A DNA stretch of 64,000 nucleotides from Clostridiales bacterium (lineage in GTDB: Bacteria; Bacillota; Clostridia; Oscillospirales; CAG-272), in NCBI GenBank assembly GCA_022791195.1, contig JAAVYP010000007.1, positions 2,215-66,214 on the forward strand, read 5' to 3'. Shown here in pieces: positions 9,779-19,412 of the stretch (position 1 is the stretch's first letter; each line of letters starts with the position of its first letter). Position numbers and translations under genes: made by a program. Under the pieces are notes generated by a model, which did not search any database, was not told where the DNA came from, and saw nothing but the letters and a program-made list of their open reading frames with translations.

Positions 9779-11039
9779 TGGCCGCTTTCAACGCCTTCGC
9801 GCCAATATCTTTACGATAAAAAGAGTGATCAAACCGTATTTTTTCTACCCGTTTATACGCCGCTTGTATCGCGTCTTGCAAATGATCAGCCACAGCACTG
9901 ACGCCTAAAACACGTCCGCCTGCACTCACCAACTTATTGTCTTTGCAGGCCGCACCAGCTATATAAACATAGGGCGCAACTTCGTCCGGTATATTGATTG
10001 CATGCCCTTTTTCGTAAGCAACAGGATATCCATCAGCCGCCATGATTACACAGCACGCCGCACCATCTGCAAACACAACCGGCGTTTGCTCAAGCGTACC
10101 CGAGCGAACCGCCTGCATAATCTCAAAAAGATCGCTTTGTAAAAGAGGCAAAACTACCTGCGCTTCGGGATCCCCAAAACGGCAGTTATACTCAATCACC
10201 TTTGGTCCGGTCGGCGTAAGCATCAGGCCAAAATACAGACATCCTTTAAAGGATCTGCCCTCTTTTTTCATGGCCTCGATCGTTGGCACGAAAATCGTTT
10301 TCATACATTCGGCTGCAATTTCGTCTGTATAATACGGATTCGGTGCAATCGTGCCCATACCACCGGTGTTTAACCCCTGATCACCGTCAAATGCACGTTT
10401 ATGATCCATGGAAGAAACCATGGGAATCACCACATTGCCGTCTGTAAAGGAAAGCACCGACACCTCAGGCCCGGTTAAGTATTCTTCAATCACAATCTGG
10501 GCGCCCGAATCACCAAACACCCGATCGGCCATGATGGTTTGAATGCCTGCTATGGCCTCTTCCCTTGTCATGGCAATGATCACGCCTTTGCCAAGCGCCA
10601 AGCCATCGGCCTTAATCACTGTCGGCACCGGCGCGGTTTCCATATAGGCTAATGCGTCCTCTAACGAAGTAAACACCTCATATGCCGCTGTCGGAATGCC
10701 ATATTTCTTCATCAGATTTTTGGCAAACACCTTGCTGCCTTCTATCATAGCCGCCGCCCGGTTCGGACCAAAGCACGGCACACCCGCCGCCTCAAGCGCG
10801 TCCACTGCACCTAACACAAGCGGATCATCCGGTGCTACAACAGCAAAATCGATGCTATTCTCGGTCGCAAAAGAAACAAGGCCGTCAATATCCTTTGCAT
10901 CAATGGCAACACATTGCGCGTCGGCCGCGATGCCGCCGTTACCAGGCAAAGCATAAAGTGTATCAATTATTTTATTCTCTTTTAATTTTTTAATAATGGC
11001 ATGCTCTCGTCCGCCGCCGCCTACAACCATCACTTTCAT
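9753..11039 (-). CDS. purD: phosphoribosylamine-glycine ligase
   Basis: MKVMVVGGGGREHA plus ATP-grasp sequence. The ORF-track start 11048 is a GTG extension; ATG 11039 has GGAG upstream. Confidence 0.92.
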   Translation of the reverse strand: MKVMVVGGGGREHAIIKKLKENKIIDTLYALPGNGGIAADAQCVAIDAKDIDGLVSFATENSIDFAVVAPDDPLVLGAVDALEAAGVPCFGPNRAAAMIEGSKVFAKNLMKKYGIPTAAYEVFTSLEDALAYMETAPVPTVIKADGLALGKGVIIAMTREEAIAGIQTIMADRVFGDSGAQIVIEEYLTGPEVSVLSFTDGNVVIPMVSSMDHKRAFDGDQGLNTGGMGTIAPNPYYTDEIAAECMKTIFVPTIEAMKKEGRSFKGCLYFGLMLTPTGPKVIEYNCRFGDPEAQVVLPLLQSDLFEIMQAVRSGTLEQTPVVFADGAACCVIMAADGYPVAYEKGHAINIPDEVAPYVYIAGAACKDNKLVSAGGRVLGVSAVADHLQDAIQAAYKRVEKIRFDHSFYRKDIGAKALKAANEGGARGI

Positions 11040-11060
11040 GGTCAGCACTCCGTTTTCTCA

Positions 11061-12296
11061 TTATCCATAGATGGGAAATTTTTCGCAAAGCGCGCTTACC
11101 GCACTTGCTACAGTCTCTTTTTTCGCCTCGAAATCAGTAATCACATCAGCAATCCAACCCGCAATCAGCGCCATTTCCGGCTCTTTAAAACCGCGGCTTG
11201 TAACAGCCGGCGTACCGATACGCAGTCCGCTTGTCACAAAAGGAGACAACGGCTCATTGGGCACCGTGTTTTTATTCGCTGTAATATGCACCTCATCCAA
11301 ACGATGCTCTAACTCTTTACCGGTCACGCCTGTATCGCGCAAATCAATCAACATCAAATGGTTATCGGTTCCGCCCGACACCAACTTCACGCCTTTATCA
11401 AGCAGTCCTTCTGAAAGTGCTTTTGCATTGGTCACAATCTGATGCTGGTATGCTTTATATTCGGGACGAAGTGCTTCGCCAAACGCAACAGCCTTCGCCG
11501 CAATAATGTGCATGAGCGGTCCGCCCTGCGTACCCGGAAAAACTGCCTTATTAATCTTAACAGCCAGTTCTTCATCATTGCACAAAATCAAGCCGCCTCT
11601 CGGACCGCGTAAAGTCTTATGCGTAGTCGAGGTCACAATGTCAGCATAAGGCATCGGTGAGGGATGTTCGCCCGCAGCTACCAACCCAGCGATATGGGCC
11701 ATATCAACCATGAGCGCCGCACCGACTTCATCAGCCGCTTCTCTGAATTTTACAAAATCAATTACGCGCGAATAAGCGCTGGCGCCGGCAATAATAACTT
11801 TGGGCTTGCACTCTCTGGCAATGCGTTTCATTTCTTCATAATCAATAAAGCCATTATCATCCACGCCATAAGGAACAATATTGAAATATTTGCCCGAGAT
11901 ATTTACAGGTGAGCCATGCGAAAGGTGGCCGCCATGCGCCAAATTCATGCCCATTACCGTATCGCCCGGCACACATAACGCAAACAGCGCTGCTAAATTA
12001 GCATTGGCTCCGCTGTGTGGCTGTACATTTGCAAAATTCGCGCCAAAAAGCTTTTTTACCCGCTCTCTGGCAATTTCTTCGACAACATCCACATATTCGC
12101 ATCCGCCATAATAACGCTTGCCAGGATAACCTTCGGCATATTTATTGGTCAAAACGCTGCCGGCGGCCAGCAATACTGCCTCGGACACAATGTTTTCAGA
12201 AGCAATCAGTTCGATATTGTGCTGCTGTCTTTGCAGCTCATCCGAACACGCATCAAACACTTCTTTATCAAGGGCTTCTAATTTATCATAAAACAT
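11061..12296 (-). CDS. glyA: serine hydroxymethyltransferase
   Basis: 411 aa with LIASENIVS, the PLP-lysine context [12 protein letters not shown], and [11 protein letters not shown]. Confidence 0.95.
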   Translation of the reverse strand: MFYDKLEALDKEVFDACSDELQRQQHNIELIASENIVSEAVLLAAGSVLTNKYAEGYPGKRYYGGCEYVDVVEEIARERVKKLFGANFANVQPHSGANANLAALFALCVPGDTVMGMNLAHGGHLSHGSPVNISGKYFNIVPYGVDDNGFIDYEEMKRIARECKPKVIIAGASAYSRVIDFVKFREAADEVGAALMVDMAHIAGLVAAGEHPSPMPYADIVTSTTHKTLRGPRGGLILCNDEELAVKINKAVFPGTQGGPLMHIIAAKAVAFGEALRPEYKAYQHQIVTNAKALSEGLLDKGVKLVSGGTDNHLMLIDLRDTGVTGKELEHRLDEVHITANKNTVPNEPLSPFVTSGLRIGTPAVTSRGFKEPEMALIAGWIADVITDFEAKKETVASAVSALCEKFPIYG

Positions 12297-12317
12297 TTCC
12301 TTACTTCCTCCTAAAAA

Positions 12318-13502
12318 TTAATGATGGAAAAGACGCATACCGGTAAACGCCATGACCATGCCATAACGATTGCAGGTTTCAATCACCTGGTCATCCCGTA
12401 CAGAGCCGCCCGGCTGCACCACATAGTTCACGCCGCTGCGGCGCGCTCTTTCAATATTGTCGCCAAACGGAAAGAATGCATCTGAAGCCAGGCTCACACC
12501 TTGAATGCCCGCCAAATAACTCTCTTTTTCTTCTTTGGTAAACGGTTCGGGTTTCTCGGTGAAGTAATTCGCCCAAACATCGTCGCCCAAAACATCCTCT
12601 GCCTGATCTGAAATATACACATCAATGCAGTTATCACGATCCGGTCGGCCAAGCTCTGCTCTAAAAGGCAAATTTAACACCTTTTCATGCTGTCTTAGGT
12701 GCCAAATATCCGCTTTATTGCCCGCCAATCTCGTACAATGAATGCGCGATTGCTGACCGGCGCCTACGCCAATCGCCTGTCCGTCCACTGCATAGCAAAC
12801 CGAATTTGACTGGGTATATTTTAAAGTAATCAGCGCAATGATCATATCCTCTTTCGCGGTATCGGGCAGTTCCTTATTCGCTGTCACCACATTTTCAAGC
12901 AATGTTTGGTCAATCTTGTATTCATTGCGTCCCTGCTCAAAGGTGATACCGTACACTTGTTTGGTTTCAATCGGTGCCGGCACATAGGCAGGATCAATTT
13001 GAATAATATTATAAGCGCCTTTACGCTTGCTCTTTAAAATCGCCAGCGCCTCTTGGGTATAACCGGGAGCAATGATACCGTCTGAAACTTCTCTTTTTAT
13101 AATATTGGCAGTTGTTTCATCGCATACGTCCGAAAGAGCAATAAAATCACCAAAGCTGCTCATACGGTCGGTTCCTCTGGCCCTTGCATACGCACAGGCC
13201 AGCGGCGAAGCGTCTAAGCCTTCAATATCGTCCACAAACACCGCTTTTTTCAGTTTGGCGCTAAGCGGACGGCCAACAGCCGCCGAAGTAGGGCTTACAT
13301 GCTTAAACGAGGTAGCAGCCGCAAGGCCGGTTGCTTCTTTAATTTCCTTGACCAACTGCCATGCGTTGAGCGCATCCAAAAAATTAATATAGCCGGGGCG
13401 GCCGTTTAAAATTTCAATCGGAAGCTCTTCGCCATTTTCCATATAAATTTTAGCCGGCTTTTGATTGGGGTTGCACCCATATTTCAGTTCAAACTCTTTC
13501 AT
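12318..13502 (-). CDS. purH: AICAR formyltransferase (PurH C-terminal-domain-only type, no MGS/IMPCH domain)
   Basis: 394 aa that ends ...MAFTGMRLFHH like bifunctional PurH but lacks the ~200-aa N-terminal cyclohydrolase domain. Overlaps the next gene by 4 nt. Confidence 0.85.
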   Translation of the reverse strand: MKEFELKYGCNPNQKPAKIYMENGEELPIEILNGRPGYINFLDALNAWQLVKEIKEATGLAAATSFKHVSPTSAAVGRPLSAKLKKAVFVDDIEGLDASPLACAYARARGTDRMSSFGDFIALSDVCDETTANIIKREVSDGIIAPGYTQEALAILKSKRKGAYNIIQIDPAYVPAPIETKQVYGITFEQGRNEYKIDQTLLENVVTANKELPDTAKEDMIIALITLKYTQSNSVCYAVDGQAIGVGAGQQSRIHCTRLAGNKADIWHLRQHEKVLNLPFRAELGRPDRDNCIDVYISDQAEDVLGDDVWANYFTEKPEPFTKEEKESYLAGIQGVSLASDAFFPFGDNIERARRSGVNYVVQPGGSVRDDQVIETCNRYGMVMAFTGMRLFHH

Positions 13503-14242
13503 TTGTTATCTTCCTTTACGCAAAACTTATTGATTAAGCGGCATTCTGCCTCTTTGGTTTCGATATCAATGTAACGAACCGCCAGTGATATTTTATTATC
13601 GGGATTTAATCCTTCCCAAATTTCTCTTGTAAACGCATCAATATCGTTGGGAATCACGATGCGTTCCGGCTCGCCGGTAAAGGTGGGAATCGGATTGCCG
13701 TCATGATTATAGGTATGAATAAAATGACCTGTACCGGCCGTAGGCGCATAAGTAAAGGTATAGCGGTTACAGCCGCTGCCGGCCTCGTCAGCACTTTTTA
13801 AAATGCTCATTTTATAACTGGTGTCTTTGCCCTTAAAAGAATAAGCCAAACTGATTCGCGGCGTAAAATTCGGTGCATCCGGCTCAAAAGCACGGCTCTC
13901 TAAAGCCTCTTCAAAGCTTTTTCCCTGTTTTACATATTCGCAAATCGTGTCCGTTTGATCGCCGTTAGTCACAATCAGCATATCATCCTTTGCCCACTTG
14001 ATTGCCGCGTAGATAATCAAAGAGGGATCCTGCACCTTGCTTTCATCATACGGGGCTGTCATCATGCTGCCGTCCGGCTGTTCTGCAAAAATGCGATTGC
14101 GGCTGTTTTCGCTGCGCCCCATAATGAAATAGGCAGCGACGGCTTTTTTGCCATCGGCCGTCAATCCCGCCACAATACCTCGGCCCGGATAGGTGTTTGC
14201 CTCTAATAACGCGCCAAGCGACGCTCTGTCATATACGCTCAT
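13499..14242 (-). CDS. IMP cyclohydrolase, PurO-like (archaeal type)
   Basis: 247 aa. YPGRGIVAG...YFIMGRSENSRNR matches the PurO-type IMP cyclohydrolase family as I remember it. Its position beside a truncated purH fits that call. Confidence 0.75.
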   Translation of the reverse strand: MSVYDRASLGALLEANTYPGRGIVAGLTADGKKAVAAYFIMGRSENSRNRIFAEQPDGSMMTAPYDESKVQDPSLIIYAAIKWAKDDMLIVTNGDQTDTICEYVKQGKSFEEALESRAFEPDAPNFTPRISLAYSFKGKDTSYKMSILKSADEAGSGCNRYTFTYAPTAGTGHFIHTYNHDGNPIPTFTGEPERIVIPNDIDAFTREIWEGLNPDNKISLAVRYIDIETKEAECRLINKFCVKEDNK

Positions 14243-14840
14243 TGATAATCTCCTTTGCCACTTTTTCAGCCGCCGCCGGTAAAATCACCCACTCGGCCTG
14301 TTCCATTACTCGTTTTTGCAGGATCTCGGGCGTGTCGCCCTCTTCCACCGCTACTGCCTTTTGCATAACAATCTCGCCGCCATCGGTAATTTCGTTGACA
14401 AAATGCACCGTTGCGCCGGTCAACTTCACCCCATAATCCAAGGCAGCTTTATGTACCCGCAGTCCATAAAAACCATCGCCGCAAAAAGCGGGAATTAAAG
14501 AGGGATGCACATTCAGCATCCGCCTTGGGTACTGCTTTACAAAGTCTTCACTTAAAATCATCATAAGACCGGCCAAAATCACAAGATCAACCTGTCTTTC
14601 TTTTAACAACGCCAGCATACATGCCTCTACCTGCGCCCTTGAACCGCAGGTTTCGGTGGTAAATACTGCTGTCTCAATGTCGGCTTCTTTAGCACGGGTT
14701 AAAGCATAGGCTCCGGCTTTATTTGAAATGACAAGCACAATTTCTCCGCTGTGCAAAAGTCCATTCTTTTGTGCATCAATCAGCGCCTGCAAATTGGTTC
14801 CGCCACCCGAAACGAGCACCGCGATTCTTGCCTTTAGCAT
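14229..14840 (-). CDS. purN: phosphoribosylglycinamide formyltransferase
   Basis: 203 aa with IAVLVSGGGTNLQALID, NVHPSLIP and ATVHFV motifs. Confidence 0.92.
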   Translation of the reverse strand: MLKARIAVLVSGGGTNLQALIDAQKNGLLHSGEIVLVISNKAGAYALTRAKEADIETAVFTTETCGSRAQVEACMLALLKERQVDLVILAGLMMILSEDFVKQYPRRMLNVHPSLIPAFCGDGFYGLRVHKAALDYGVKLTGATVHFVNEITDGGEIVMQKAVAVEEGDTPEILQKRVMEQAEWVILPAAAEKVAKEIINERI

Positions 14841-15868
14841 AGTTCTACGCCCTCGGTCTTTGTAATTTCGCCCATCACAAAGGCATTTTCGCCTGCTTCT
14901 TTCAATACAGCCATCGCCTTGTCCGCATCCTCCGGCGCCACAACCAACGTCATGCCCACACCCATATTGAAAGTATTATACATATCGCGTTTATCAATAT
15001 TGCCCTCTTGCATAAGGAGCGAAAAGATCGGCAGCTTAGGCAGCACGCTCTCCTCAATTTTTGCGCCATATCCTTCAGGCAGGCTGCGCGGAATATTCTC
15101 GTAAAAGCCGCCGCCGGTAATATGCGAGACCGCTTTTACCTGAACCTGATCAAACAGAGCCAGCATAGGCGCCACATAGATTTTAGTCGGGGTCAGCAAC
15201 GTCTCACCCAAAGATTTTCCGTTTAATACAGCAAGCGGTTTGGTAATATCCCGATTTTCAAGATCAAAAACCTTACGCACCAGCGAAAAACCATTTGAAT
15301 GCACACCGCTTGACGCAAGACCGATCATAATATCGCCGGCACGCATGGTGCCATTATCCAAAATGCGCTCTTTATCCACCACGCCAACCGAAAAACCGGC
15401 TAAATCATATTCATTCTCGGGATAAAAGCCAGGCATCTCAGCGGTTTCACCGCCTACTAACGCACAGCCAGCCTGCACGCATCCCTCGGCAATACCCGCT
15501 ACAATGGAAGCAATTTTTTCAGGCACATTCTTGCCGCAGGCAATATAATCCAAAAACAGAAGCGGTTTTGCTCCACAGCATAAAATATCGTTGACACACA
15601 TGGCTACGCAGTCAATACCTACCGTATCATGCTTGTCCATCATAAAAGCAATTTTCAGCTTTGTCCCCACACCATCGGTGCCCGAAACCAAAACCGGATT
15701 CTTTGTTTGCGATAAATCCAGCGCAAACAAGCCGCCAAAACCGCCAATGCCTGATACCACTCCTTCGGTCATTGTTCTGGCAATGTGCGTTTTCATAAGC
15801 TCAACTGCTTTGTAGCCTGCCGTTATATCAACGCCGGCCGCTTTATAACTTTCCGAAAAGCTTTTCAT
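14834..15868 (-). CDS. purM: phosphoribosylformylglycinamidine cyclo-ligase (AIR synthase)
   Basis: 344 aa with YKAAGVDI, GGFGGLF and DGVGTK motifs. Confidence 0.93.
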   Translation of the reverse strand: MKSFSESYKAAGVDITAGYKAVELMKTHIARTMTEGVVSGIGGFGGLFALDLSQTKNPVLVSGTDGVGTKLKIAFMMDKHDTVGIDCVAMCVNDILCCGAKPLLFLDYIACGKNVPEKIASIVAGIAEGCVQAGCALVGGETAEMPGFYPENEYDLAGFSVGVVDKERILDNGTMRAGDIMIGLASSGVHSNGFSLVRKVFDLENRDITKPLAVLNGKSLGETLLTPTKIYVAPMLALFDQVQVKAVSHITGGGFYENIPRSLPEGYGAKIEESVLPKLPIFSLLMQEGNIDKRDMYNTFNMGVGMTLVVAPEDADKAMAVLKEAGENAFVMGEITKTEGVELC

Positions 15869-17325
15869 GATTGCGTCCCCTCTTCTGTTGTTTCTTTTCG
15901 ATTGACCGAAATTTTTTGTTCAAAACGATTTTTTTTAGTTACAGCCGGCTTTGCCGTTGGATAACATTCATCAAAGCACGCGGTGCAATATTCTTCGCAC
16001 TTGTGCTCGCCCGCCAACCGACGGGTATTTTCCACCGATAAGTAGCCCAATGAATCGACGCCGATTTCCTTTTCTATCTCGGGCAACGTATATCGGCAGG
16101 CAATCAGCCGTTCTTTGGAGTCAATATCAGTTCCGTAATAGCAGGGGCCTATAAAGGGCGGCGCTGACACGCGCATATGCACTTCTTTAGCGCCAGCCTC
16201 CCGCAGCAGCTTAACAATGCGGGCACTGGTCGTACCCCGCACGATCGAATCGTCAATCAAAACAACACGCCGCCCCTTCACAACAGAAGCGATCGGATTC
16301 AGTTTGATTTTCACCTTATTTTCTCTGGATTTTTGGCCGGGCGAAATAAAAGTGCGCCCTATATATTTATTCTTGATAAAGCCGATGCTATATGGAATAC
16401 CCGATTCTCTTGAATAGCCAACGGCTGCATCCAAGCCCGAATCAGGCACGCCGATCACAATATCCGCATCCACCGGATGCTCCTTAGCCAAATAACGGCC
16501 GGCCTGCACTCGTGCTTCGTGTACACACACACCGTCTATGACCGAATCGGGTCTGGCAAAATAAATGTACTCAAAAACACAAAAAGAGGGCTTGCGCTTG
16601 CCGCAATGATCTTGAATGGAACGCACGCCGTTTTGATCAAACACCAAAATTTCACCCGGCGCCAAATCTCGCTCAAAAGTAGCTCCCACTGCGTCTAATG
16701 CGCAGGTTTCGCTCGCCACAACATATCCGCCGTCAGGCAAAAGTCCATAACAGAGCGGCCGGAACCCGTTTTCATCTCTTGCTGCAATCAGCTTAGACGG
16801 TGACATCACCACCAAGGAGTAAGCGCCGTCGATTCGACTCATAGCACGATTCAATGCTTCTTCAATCGAAGGGGCCGAAAGACGCTCCTTAGTAATAATA
16901 TAAGAAATGACCTCAGTATCGCTGGTTGTATGAAAAATACTGCCCTGATTCTCTAATTCTTCCCGCAGCGTCGACGAATTGACCACATTGCCGTTGTGCG
17001 CAAGAGCCATACGGCCTTTTACATGATTCACTACAATCGGCTGTGTATTGTGCCGGTCAGTCGCACCAGTTGTGCCATACCGCACATGGCCGATGGCCAT
17101 ATTGCCATGGCCCAACATTTTCATAGCGCTATGATCAAACACATCGTTGACAAGACCTAAATCCTTATGATGTCTAAAAATTCCGTCATCATTCACGACT
17201 ATACCGCAAGATTCCTGCCCTCTATGCTGCAAAGCGTATAAGCCATAATACGTACTGGACGCCACATCGGTTGTCTGGTTTGCGAAAATACCAAATACGC
17301 CGCACTCTTCTCTTAGTTTTCCCAT
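15865..17325 (-). CDS. purF: amidophosphoribosyltransferase
   Basis: 486 aa with the N-terminal nucleophile context EECGVFGI, the PRPP loop VVLIDDSIVRGTT, and C-terminal Cys residues consistent with a 4Fe-4S type. Confidence 0.93.
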   Translation of the reverse strand: MGKLREECGVFGIFANQTTDVASSTYYGLYALQHRGQESCGIVVNDDGIFRHHKDLGLVNDVFDHSAMKMLGHGNMAIGHVRYGTTGATDRHNTQPIVVNHVKGRMALAHNGNVVNSSTLREELENQGSIFHTTSDTEVISYIITKERLSAPSIEEALNRAMSRIDGAYSLVVMSPSKLIAARDENGFRPLCYGLLPDGGYVVASETCALDAVGATFERDLAPGEILVFDQNGVRSIQDHCGKRKPSFCVFEYIYFARPDSVIDGVCVHEARVQAGRYLAKEHPVDADIVIGVPDSGLDAAVGYSRESGIPYSIGFIKNKYIGRTFISPGQKSRENKVKIKLNPIASVVKGRRVVLIDDSIVRGTTSARIVKLLREAGAKEVHMRVSAPPFIGPCYYGTDIDSKERLIACRYTLPEIEKEIGVDSLGYLSVENTRRLAGEHKCEEYCTACFDECYPTAKPAVTKKNRFEQKISVNRKETTEEGTQS

Positions 17326-17386
17326 ATTATATTGATTTCCTTTGCCATAATTCCTTTTTTGTTCGCAGGCAGATGCCTGTCAATAC

Positions 17387-18097
17387 TTATTCGCCAAAAA
17401 TCCGTCTCATCATCTCTTGATAAGCGTCCTCAACATGGCCTAAATCCCGGCGAAAACGGTCCTTATCCAACTTTTCATGCGTCGTTGCATCCCAAAAACG
17501 ACAGGTGTCCGGTGAAATTTCATCAGCCAGAATGATAGTTCCATCCTGTGTTTTACCAAACTCTATTTTAAAATCAATTAAATCAACATTGACCTTTGCA
17601 AAGAATGCACACAAAAACTCATTTATACGGAAAGTCAGCTTTGTAATTTCATCAATCTCTTCTTGGGTAGCCCACCCGCAAGCCACGATATGATATTCAT
17701 TACACATCGGATCGTCCAGCTCATCACATTTATAGCAAAACTCAAGCGTCGGCCGCAGCAGCTTTGTTCCCTCAGCCACACCAAAACGCTTTGAAAACGA
17801 GCCGGCGGCCGTATTGCGGATAATCACCTCAAGCGGCACGATATCAACCTTTTTCACAACCGTTTCTCTATCTGAAAGTTCTTTGACAAAATGTGTGGGA
17901 ATGCCCGCTTTCTCCATTTCACTCATCAGATAATTAGACATTTTATTGTTGACAACGCCTTTTCCTTCGATTGTTCCCTTTTTCTTGCCATTGAACGCAG
18001 TTGCATCATCTTTGTAAGAAACAATACAAAGCGCAGGATCGTCCGTTGCAAATACTTTCTTTGCCTTACCCTCATACATTTGTTCACGTTTTTCCAT
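17387..18097 (-). CDS. purC: SAICAR synthase
   Basis: YEGKAKKVF... is typical of PurC. The true start is probably ATG 18097 (MEKREQMYEGK), after AAGAGGTG. The ORF-track start 18121 is an upstream extension. Confidence 0.9.
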   Translation of the reverse strand: MEKREQMYEGKAKKVFATDDPALCIVSYKDDATAFNGKKKGTIEGKGVVNNKMSNYLMSEMEKAGIPTHFVKELSDRETVVKKVDIVPLEVIIRNTAAGSFSKRFGVAEGTKLLRPTLEFCYKCDELDDPMCNEYHIVACGWATQEEIDEITKLTFRINEFLCAFFAKVNVDLIDFKIEFGKTQDGTIILADEISPDTCRFWDATTHEKLDKDRFRRDLGHVEDAYQEMMRRIFGE

Positions 18098-18168
18098 AAT
18101 CAAGCACCTCTTTATGTACATAAATTTATTTTTGAAAACAAGAAACTGCCGCTTTTGGCGGCAGTGCC

Positions 18169-18663
18169 TTAGTGATTATAACGATGTGATACAGCTTCAT
18201 CTTTAGCCAATACCTGCGCGCAGGAAGCCTCCCTTGCTTTGTTTAACTTTTCAGCAAGGGACGCATCAGAAACAGAAAGAATTTGTACAGCTAACAACGC
18301 CGCGTTAGCAGCGCCGTCAATTGCAACGGTTGCCACAGGAATACCCGCCGGCATTTGTACAGTCGACAAAAGTGCGTCGAGTCCATCCAGCGTGCTGCTC
18401 TTTACAGGAATGCCAATAACAGGAAGTGTGGTATTCGCGGCCAAAGCGCCCGCTAAATGCGCCGCTTTGCCGGCCGCAGCAATAATGACGCCGAAGTCAT
18501 TCCCGCGTGCATTCACCGAAAAAGCTTTGGCAGCTTCGGGTGTACGGTGTGCTGAATACACATGCACCTCATAGGAAACACCGTATTCCTCTAAAACCGC
18601 AAATGCTTTTTCAACAACAGGCAAATCTGAATCGGAACCCATAATAATGGCAACTTTTTTCAT
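18169..18663 (-). CDS. purE: 5-(carboxyamino)imidazole ribonucleotide mutase
   Basis: MKKVAIIMGSDSDLPV...SAHRTP is the PurE signature. ATG 18663 is preceded by GGAGAAAAAG; the ORF-track start 18711 is an extension. Confidence 0.9.
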   Translation of the reverse strand: MKKVAIIMGSDSDLPVVEKAFAVLEEYGVSYEVHVYSAHRTPEAAKAFSVNARGNDFGVIIAAAGKAAHLAGALAANTTLPVIGIPVKSSTLDGLDALLSTVQMPAGIPVATVAIDGAANAALLAVQILSVSDASLAEKLNKAREASCAQVLAKDEAVSHRYNH

Positions 18664-18787
18664 CTTTTTCTCCATTTCATCGCATACAGCGAGCTTTATT
18701 ATAAACGACAAATAAGTAAAAATTACGATAGAAAGAATGTATTGTACTCAAAACTAACGATTTCTGACGAAATCACTTATTTCTGAC

Positions 18788-18825
18788 GAAATAAAGGCAG
18801 TTTAACCCCTTCGAATTAAACTGCC
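18788..18825 (-). terminator. intrinsic terminator inside the pur-operon 5' leader (attenuator or sRNA end)
   Basis: The minus strand reads GGCAGTTTAA ttcgaagggg TTAAACTGCC followed by TTTATTT. It lies ~80 nt downstream of the promoter at 18910-18938 and ~125 nt upstream of purE. Confidence 0.6.
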
Positions 18826-18909
18826 AAAACGGTAAACTCTCAAAGACTCCGCCTCTTTATGAAAACTTCATGCATCACATAAAATTTTCAATCAGTGCAG
18901 TACCTTTTT

Positions 18910-18938
18910 ATTATAAATTTTAATCCCTTTAAAGTCAA
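18910..18938 (-). promoter_or_regulatory. consensus sigA promoter of the pur leader
   Basis: The minus strand reads TTGACT (18938..18933), a 17-nt spacer, then TATAAT (18915..18910). Confidence 0.7.
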
Positions 18939-18983
18939 GTCATTTTCAGTTTTTCATCATTTTCTACAAATCATGCTTTTACT

Positions 18984-19412
18984 TTACAAATAATTGCGCA
19001 AATCTACCGAAAGACGTTCTTCAATGTTCACCAACCGACGAGCTATTTTTTTGGTTTGCTCGTCTGCATTCGGGTATTGATTCATATATTTATGAACGCT
19101 TTTAACGCCCATATTGCAGCCATCTACAATGAGATCTGCAATTTTTTTATCATCATCCATCACAAGAACAAATTCCGATTTCGCTTTGGCCATTCCTTTG
19201 GCAAACAGATTCGGTTCCGGGGTTTCAGCATCCATATGATCAAGCAAGGTCTTTGTTTCGCCAAATAAGCGTTCGTGTTCTTCTTTAGAGTCCTTTAGCA
19301 GCAAAGCCATGCTTTCGTCTTCTACATTTTCTTCCACATTTTCAATAGTTGAAATTCCCATTTGAATGCCCGAAGCGCATTCCTTTAACAAATACAAGGT
19401 GTCCTGACTCAT
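18984..19412 (-). CDS. hypothetical helical protein, co-transcribed with the PepSY lipoprotein
   Basis: 142-aa acidic, helix-rich ORF whose start overlaps the upstream stop (ATGA). I cannot name a family confidently. Confidence 0.6.
   Translation of the reverse strand: MSQDTLYLLKECASGIQMGISTIENVEENVEDESMALLLKDSKEEHERLFGETKTLLDHMDAETPEPNLFAKGMAKAKSEFVLVMDDDKKIADLIVDGCNMGVKSVHKYMNQYPNADEQTKKIARRLVNIEERLSVDLRNYL

Noticed and set aside
18826-18903. Guanine/adenine riboswitch aptamer upstream of purE
   Set aside because: Only short partial matches (AGUUUACC, CCGUUUU). The P2/P3 helices and the UAUAAU / AUAUGG / CCGUAAA / GACUAU elements are not present by eye. It is kept as an unexplained leader rather than called a riboswitch.
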